Origin: Octopus vulgaris
Taxonomy: Eukaryota
Direction: 5' to 3'
NCBI GenBank assembly: GCA_951406725.2
Contig: OX597817.1
Coordinates: 21,514,001-21,578,000, forward strand
Length of the DNA stretch: 64,000 nucleotides
The notes below the pieces were generated by a model. The model was not told the DNA's origin. It saw only the letters and a program-made list of their open reading frames with translations, and ran no database searches. Below are positions 55,983 through 64,000 of this stretch, piece by piece. The translations under genes were made by a program, and so were the position numbers. How positions within the stretch are numbered: position 1 is the first letter of the stretch; each line of letters opens with the position of its first letter.

Positions 55983-56884
55983 ATGTGTGTGTGTGTATGT
56001 GTGCGTGTGTGTGTTTGAGTGTGTGTATGTGTGTGTGTTTCTGTCTGTCTGTCTGTATTGAGGGGCGAAGCGCATGCCTGGGGCAGCAAAAGTCAACTAA
56101 TAAATCTACGTGAAACCGCTGCTACGGCCGGCTGATTATGTCGTTTATATGGATTTATATTTTAGCCCCACAGCTGGATATCTCTAAAATGGAGGGGAGA
56201 GGAGCGAATGTTGCTCTAATGTGTCTACACAATGCCATAGTCGAATTACTAAATTTTAATTAACCACTAAATTGTGCTGGTGTCCTTGGTATGTTCGTCT
56301 CCCATGTAATTGTCTTATAATCCTATGACATTATTTAACGAGATAGATTTATCAAGGCTAGAATAATACCAGGACATTGTGTACTTACGAAAATAATCGG
56401 TTTCTGATATTTTACGCTCTATTTGTAACTAACTCTTCGTCGGTTCTTATTAAAAATTGCACTGTCACCATTCCATATCATACCAAACCACGAAAACTGT
56501 ATGCAACTAGCTAAAGGTAAATAATGAAATAAATCCGAACTGAACTGGGCAAAGCCGAGGTTTTGAGCCAGAGATCTTTTGCAAAGTCACCTGACGAGAC
56601 ACATCTGCACCGAAACGTACTCCATAACCAGTTGTACAGCATCTCCCTACTGTTTTATATGTGTGTGTTTTCTTTGTGTGCGTGTAATTATATATACACG
56701 TGCCCCCCTACACACAGACAGACGACCGTTGGTCTCAGCACTTTGACGCATTGATATTTAATTAGTTTTTGTTAGTTCATATCAGCCGGCTGAATTTGGT
56801 ATCTGAGTAACAAAAGTCTTGATATTATTAGATCAACTTGTGGGGTCCCGCAGAGAATGCTCTGCCGCTTTTCTTCTGTCTTCT

Positions 56885-56990
56885 TGGATCTAATTCCGCC
56901 GAGGTCGATTTACATTTCATCATTTCTCGGTCAGTAGAATAATTACCAGTTGGATATTGGATTTGATGTAAACGACCATCTACCCAGGCA
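56885..56990 (+). mobile_element. SINE family A core fragment
   Basis: AATTCCGCCGAGGTCGATTTACATTTCATC...TACCAGTT. Confidence 0.65.
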
Positions 56991-57053
56991 CCAAAGAACA
57001 AAACAGTTCAGTCTTAGTGCCTATATTAGATAGAATATTATTAGATCCATGTG

Positions 57054-57239
57054 GTTGTGAGCTGGCAGCATCGTTAGCATGCTGGAAAAAGCGCTCAGCG
57101 AAATTCGCTTCGCTTTACACTTATATTCAAATTCTGCAGAGAACATCCCTCCGGTGGCAATAAAATAATACCAGTTAATCGCTGAATTTGATGTAGTCGA
57201 CATCACCCTCTCCCGAAATGTCTGAAAGAAATGATTAGA
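57054..57239 (+). mobile_element. Old SINE family A copy with target-site duplication
   Basis: Head GTGAGCTGGCAGCATCGTTAGCATGCTGG; flanks AGATCCATGTG (57043-57053) and AGATCCACGTG (57240-57250). Confidence 0.75.
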
Positions 57240-57805
57240 AGATCCACGTGATGCAGTCTAGATACCGGAACAGTTAGTAACATTCTTCATGATTATATAT
57301 TCAAAGTCACATTTTCTTTACGTTGGGTACATCACATATTATGGTAAACAAGGTAATGATGTCAATCAGACTTCATTCATGGGAATAGCAGATTTGATGG
57401 TGTCAGGTTACAAATGAATTTTTTTTTATGCATCATATTTTCGTAATATGTATTAGTTTATATTCAGGTTTTACACACAATTTCTGTTAATTCACTTGTA
57501 TGAGTTACTATAATAATGAGTATACATTGAATATGGTGTAACCGTGTCTATAATAATTTTCACGTACTTTGAAAATATTATTACAAATATACTGCTTCAC
57601 TCAGTTATATATGACAATAAATAAATAAACTCTTAGTACTTTGCTAGGTAGAAATATGATGGGAAATAAAAGTTCCCTAGTCTCACAAAACTAATAAATA
57701 CCAACTGAGAGATAGAACAAAATAGCTAAAGAATTAAAAACAAGCGATACGGAAAGAAGGAATGCTAGAAAAAAGAATGTAGGAGGAATATATAGAATAA
57801 CATAT

Positions 57806-57807
<2 letters not shown>

Positions 57808-57884
<77 letters not shown>

Positions 57885-57898
57885 CACACACACACACA
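57808..57898. repeat. (CA)n microsatellite
   Basis: Direct reading. Confidence 0.98.
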
Positions 57899-58305
57899 TA
57901 TGCAAGAGTAAACCAGGATATGAAAACTGGAGCTCATGATGAATTTTGGGACAAATCTATGTTACAGAAAAACAAATTATCTCTTTTTCTAAAACTTTGC
58001 CCGTACGTAGAAGGGAACAATGTATTCGTATCACACATCTATTTTGGAATATTTCCTTTATGCGTTGTTTGGGTTTGTGGCAGTTTGAGTGAATAGTGAT
58101 AATTTTGAAAGGCTGTGAGATCTGGAAAGGTGCTATGTTTTAATTTAAACAGTTTTTTGGACGATGATCATAAAAGTCGCTATTAGTTTTCTTTGTGCAT
58201 CTTCTTTTTGTGTTATGTACTTTCTGCCTTGGTTTTATATCATCGCCACTATAAGCGTCAAGCCAAACCCATTTATCTATTTTTCTATGTATGTATGTAT
58301 CTAAA

Positions 58306-58381
<76 letters not shown>

Positions 58382-58435
58382 CATCTATCTATCTATCCAT
58401 CCTATCTATCTATCTATCTTATCTATCTATCTATC

Positions 58436-58496
<61 letters not shown>

Positions 58497-58560
58497 CATC
58501 TATCTATCTATCTATATATCTATCCATCTATCTCTCTATCCATCTATCTATCTAATTATC
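58306..58560. repeat. (TCTA)n microsatellite
   Basis: Direct reading. Confidence 0.97.
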
Positions 58561-58663
58561 TCATCTAATCTATCTGTCTATTTATCTATTTGCCTATATG
58601 TGTGCATTAGTGCATCTGTGAGCGTGCCAATGTATAAATATTTGTATATTTATTTATACATAG

Positions 58664-58705
<42 letters not shown>

Positions 58706-58723
58706 TATGTGCCGCTGTCTATC

Positions 58724-58764
<41 letters not shown>

Positions 58765-58817
58765 ACTCACGCTTGTATCCCTGTGTCTAAATGCGTTTAT
58801 GAATGTATGTACGCTTG

Positions 58818-58859
<42 letters not shown>

Positions 58860-58939
58860 AACATCTATGTATTATTTTTGTTGGGTACCTATCTAGCAGT
58901 ATATTGGATATATATTATCCCATGAATTTTCAACCCTAT

Positions 58940-58987
<48 letters not shown>

Positions 58988-59332
58988 GTATATTACATTC
59001 TCTTTACATATCAATAATCTCTTCACCTGTTAATTTTTATTTCTGGAAATTTACATAAACCACAAATGCACTGTTTACCATGACTTACTTTCTTATCCAG
59101 GTACTATATCTCGAGCAATTTAAGCGTCAAACTAGATTTGAAGATCAAATAGTCAAATATGCAAGTACTATTCGCCATAGTGGTAATACAGAACACGCCT
59201 TCAGTTGCAACTTAGATTGGCATCCTTAGATCTGTATGCGCATGCTTGCATATGATTTATAAGGGTCTCTATCTTGCATACATACACATACATACATTCA
59301 TGCATACATATGTGTGTATGTGTGTACGTCTC

Positions 59333-59367
<35 letters not shown>

Positions 59368-59413
59368 TATATATTTATTTATACATACATATACATACTT
59401 ACATACACACATT

Positions 59414-59501
<88 letters not shown>

Positions 59502-60005
59502 GTCGATGTGTATTAGTTAAAATCATTTGAATAGGAACAAGTATTATTTTAAAGCTATGCACTTTTATCCAAATTTTTATTAATGTTTAATACTTGTTAT
59601 TGCTTATTTCTCACAGTTCCTTCGGTAGAGATTCTGAGCCCTAATCAATGAGTACCTCTTCATGTCTCCTCTGGTCTTTTCCAGTCTGTTCCGTCTTGTC
59701 CAGAGTGAAGAGGAGCCACGGAAAAGAAGAACAGACAGTCATTGAAGGAGGTTACAAAATGTGTGACGAAAGTATTCTGACAAATAAACTAGTAAAGATA
59801 AAGTAAATATCAAATAAATAGTGCGTCTGTTTATTGGCAAAATAATCCTCGCCAAGTGTAACAGTATTTGTTTCAACGCATCATTTCACATAAGAAATTT
59901 TGCTACACAAATACATAATCATATACTATGCTTAAATGAAGGGACCACTCGTTGAAATACGTTGTAAACGTGATCAGTTTATCATCTTCTGCTTCTATAT
60001 CAATT

Positions 60006-60037
<32 letters not shown>

Positions 60038-60679
60038 TGTGTGTGTATGTGTGTGTGTGAGAGAGAGAGATTGTGTATATATATGTGTGCGTGTTTATGC
60101 GCATGCGCATGCGCCGACTCGCACGTACGTGAGGGTCTCGATTCGATGCAGATTCGGCTACTACATACAACAAAGTGTGGCAGCGTCGAGGCATTTTTCT
60201 CAATAAAAATCGCTAAATTTTTCTTTGTTGGAGGAGTTGTTTTGAACATTTTGGAATGAAATTGAGTAGCTCTTAAGATTTCATATATAGATACCGCTGA
60301 CATGAAATCTTGTGTGTCTAGATACAAGTTTTCTAACTGACGGTTTATACTTGTCTTCTTATTTCTTTTCCATGACTCAACACACATTTGTTTATGTATG
60401 AAAGAGCAGGCTATATTTGTCGGAGATGATCTAATATCGTAACTAAAGCAACGCCTATTACTTCTGCATCTCCAGATATTTTAATGTTAAGCTTATTTAA
60501 AAAGTGCTATTTCAAAATAAGAGCCACATGCAAAGTCAGAGAATGCTTACTGCTGCAAAGCTGATAATACATATAATAAATGGGAAACGTCTAATAATAA
60601 ATGATAATTATTGCTAATTATTGTATAAATAATTGTAGAGTTAATAAGAGCTCAAATGATGCGTCGGGTGCATTAGGAA

Positions 60680-61050
60680 TTTTTAGTTGCTTATGATTTC
60701 TTCCAAGCAACAGAGAAGCTACTCCAGAAATGATTGTTTCAAACGCGTTTGGTCGAAATTATCACGTGTGTATTTGAAGAAATTATTCCTCGTTCTTACT
60801 ACCTACTCACGTTCTTTTTCTTTCCAAACTGACACATGCCTGCTTTCGGAATGTTCGACATTCTGGAAAATTTACTGTGCAAATTAGAATAAATATCATT
60901 CTGTCATTCGATTATAGGCTTTCAGACATGTTAAGTGTTCAATTAGCCAGTCAGTTTCGCACTGATAATTGTGTCTCTGTATTGGAAAACAATACCAATT
61001 TGCCACATTTCTAATAAGGGAAGTAGATTATTAAGCAGGAATTCTATGTC
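60680..61050 (-). pseudogene. Possible decayed Helitron fragment
   Basis: Minus strand PECRTFRKQACVSL (compare CxTFREAC), preceded by E*YLF..LHS and followed by TRLKQSF. Weak match. Confidence 0.3.
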
Positions 61051-61259
61051 TGTGGATGTGAATCTATGTACCTTTTGGTTTTATTTTTCAAACGAATCAC
61101 GAGTAACTGGTTTCCAAATCAGAAACAAAATTTGCACAGGAATTTCAACAATGGCAATTAAGTCCTCAGACATACATACATATATGTGTATGCATTTATG
61201 ATGTATGTATCTAGCTATCTATGCATATATATATATATATACATACATATAGACGACAA

Positions 61260-61929
61260 GAAAATGGAGCAAAGACAGCAATGAGAAGTGTGTCCTTGGT
61301 ACGAAATTAACGATTATTTAAATAGTCAAGCACGGTGAGAGTAAGAGTGAGCTTGCAGCAGTTTCTGAGTACCATACTGAGTTAAATATGTATTTACCTT
61401 GTTGCAAATGGTAGACATCATCAGAACGAAGAAGGCAAGGATAGACAAAAAAGAAAATTGAGCGAAAGATAGAGGGAGAAACTAGAAGAGAAAATGACCA
61501 ATGATTCGAAAGTCTTTTATTTCGTATAGGTTCAAAGTTCAAGAAATTCATTGTGAGGTGGATGAAGAATAGATGTTGGTTGAATCTAAAGTTTTGCAAT
61601 TAGTTAGCATGACATCTGCGTGTTTGCTTATTCGGCTAGTCGACCGCCGGTGTAATCTAAAGGAAGTTACCCTTAATTAGAAATATCCGGTGAGGTTGTT
61701 AGGACCTATGTGTCACTAACAAATAGGTTGTAGGTGGTACGTATATTTACAGAGGAAGCCGTAAATAAAGGTAGCTTATATCTATCATCGGTATGATTTA
61801 GCCTGCAAATGGACAAAGTATCAGAATAATATTTAGGTTTGAGGATTGCAAAGAAGATAAAAAGAAAAAGATAGAAAGGAGAAATCTAACATGTAAAGAG
61901 AGTTGGTAGTTCTCGACTGAATGAATTAT
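61260..61929 (-). mobile_element. Inverted pseudo-LTR/3' region of the adjacent Penelope-like element
   Basis: 61905-61929 is the exact reverse complement (25/25) of 63976-64000, where the element's 3' UTR runs off the window. Contains a minus-strand hammerhead-like motif. The left boundary is approximate. Confidence 0.8.
61350..61428 (-). ncRNA. Degenerate hammerhead ribozyme in the inverted pseudo-LTR
   Basis: Minus strand CTGATGA (61424-61418), stem II TGTCTACCAT/ATGGTACTCA (8/10 paired, long loop), GAAAC, near-palindromic stem III ACTGCTGC with a mutated cleavage triplet. Confidence 0.6.
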
Positions 61930-62701
61930 AAGAAAAGACTCCCCTAACAACTTCGATATCACCATGGGATCCCCAGATTCAGGACAGGTAACAGACTTAG
62001 TAGGCAATTTTTTTTGTTATCACACCTACAGGGAGAATTCCCAGAAATGATGCGTGGGCTATATAGGGACGACGCACTATTCGTAGTAAAAGAAATCTCA
62101 AATAGGAGATTAGAAGTGATTACGAAAACATTATACACATTTTAAAAAAGATTCGGCCAAAATATTACTATAGAAAAGGAATAGAGCTGTATAAATTATT
62201 TAGACTCCAACTGCAACCTAACCGCGGGACTCAACGAACGCTACATAAAACCTAATACAAACCACAAATCAATAAGCGCATCAAGTAACGGTCCGAACTT
62301 TATTAAAAGAGGGCTTGTACATAGCAACAGCAAAAGAATTTCACTCCTCTCTTCCAGCCAAGATACCTTTAATAAGTATAAGAGACTCTACAATAGCGCA
62401 TTAGAAAAAACAGGTTATAAACAAAAAATACATACCTAGACTTAGAGCACTATACAAATAACCGGAACAAATTAAATACACAAGACAATTATCACAACAC
62501 TAAACACTCTCAAAAGGAAACTAACAATTACATCAACAACAAGAACAACACAAGCACAACATAGGATTTATACCAATAATAAAAAAACGAACATTGGAAA
62601 TAATGATATGATTCAAACTTAGATAACTAACAACATTAAAAATGATAACAAAGTAATACCAACAATGTGAAAAATAATAAAATTAGGAATACTAACACGG
62701 C

Positions 62702-62760
<59 letters not shown>

Positions 62761-64000
62761 TCGAACCCTAAATAACCAATATAACCGCAGTTAAGAATGA
62801 TATTGCCAAACCATATAATTTAAATAAACCGTACAGAAATAACCCCAATAAAACTAACACGAACAATAATAAAAATAATAATTAAAATAAAAAGAAATAT
62901 AATAATCATAACAACAACTGTACACTCTACTCGAATGCTGAGGACGGTTCCTTCACCAAAAATAATAATATTAAAAATAATCGAAACAGCGATAATATAT
63001 GGCTAATAACCCAACTTCGCGATACAGCTTAAAGCTAACATAGTTACTCCATAATGAGAATTATAGATAAGCACTTGAAATTAAATAACAAATACTCATG
63101 AATCTTTAAGAATAAAATTAGAGTTGGCCATAGCCTAACTAGTAACCTAGCTACCATCATAGCCTCGATCAACAGTAATAATCTAGACACCTTCTAAAAA
63201 ACTAGGTAAAATGCAACATAAAACTTAACAGCCAACTGTCAAATAGAACAAATATCATCCCTAATAACTCGCCCTGAAACAACACGGTCAAGGATCCGAT
63301 AAATAATAACCCCCTACAAGACAACACAAGCACAGATAAACTGAATAATTCATGAGGCTCCAAAGAGAGAAATAAGTGTCAATTCTCCAATAGATGTAAA
63401 ACAATAAACGTAATATACCAATGCGATGTACTCGAATATAATCAGACAAAACCCTATATACGAAGCACGAAAAACGAAATAAAACTTAGATACAATTCCC
63501 ACCAATCTAGTTTTAGAAATAAAAGTTAAGCAGACTCTGCATGACTTAGCAACATTTGGGAATTAAAAGACAAAAAATCAACTATAGTTTAGAATGACGT
63601 ATCCTAGCAAAAACCTCGTCCTATAGCATTAACAATAAGCGATGTGAATTCTATATAACAGAAAGTCTGCTAATTTTAATGGTCACATCACCCCTACCCA
63701 ATAGGGTAGATTCGTATTCTCTAAGTTTTGTTAAAGGCGCTCATTCCTGTATACACAACTGTCTCCTAGCTTAAATATTATTAGTACCTAATTATCAGCG
63801 CATTACCTCCCTTTAACCTACCTATACCTTAACTAGCTTACGCATATCCATCCCACGTTATAAATAAATAATTAATATGCCTAATCAACATTCTACACTA
63901 GTGTACTCCAACCCACATTATCAATAAATAATTAATATACCTAATCTACATACTACGCTTGCCTAATTTTATCCAATAATTCATTCAGTCGAGAACTACC
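61930..64000 (+). mobile_element. 5'-truncated, decayed Penelope-like retroelement (Naiad-like): RT plus GIY-YIG endonuclease
   Basis: FDITMGSPDSGQVTDLVG...GLYRDDALF...INYLD...YIKPN...KRISLLSSSQDTFNKYKRLYNSALEKTGY (61930-62430); IIDKHL..IF..KIRVGHS..NLATIIAS (about 63050-63180); CQFSNRCKTINVIYQC..PYIRST..RYNSHQSSFRN..LSNIWELKD..KRC (63370-63680). Stops and frameshifts throughout. Confidence 0.92.

Noticed and set aside
59670-59810. Pyrimidine tract plus AG followed by a purine-rich exon-like stretch
   Set aside because: No recognisable peptide, no convincing donor site and no partner exons.

Overview
AT-rich eukaryotic intergenic or intronic DNA, very dense in microsatellites ((TA)n, (CA)n, (GA)n, (GATA)n, (AAT)n, (CTT)n). 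The SINE families look like those of octopus/coleoid cephalopods; this is recognition from memory, not a database search. I found no credible host protein-coding exon. Nearly all supplied ORFs are microsatellite read-throughs or transposon relics. The window is a transposon graveyard with: at least three tRNA-derived SINE families (several with target-site duplications), a DD41D (rosa/Visitor-type) Tc1/mariner element, a mariner 5' fragment, several R4/Dong-type RLE retrotransposon fragments, CR1-like LINE fragments, very old Helitron helicase relics, and a decayed Penelope-like element (YRDD RT plus GIY-YIG, Naiad-like) with an inverted pseudo-LTR. The most notable signal is a set of minimal hammerhead ribozyme motifs. 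One apparently intact motif (24696-24741) forms the 3' part of a tRNA-headed SINE, suggesting a Pol III-driven, ribozyme-bearing SINE that may be mobilised by Penelope-like elements. That SINE sits in a four-level nest bracketed by 156-bp inverted repeats that are about 95% identical.
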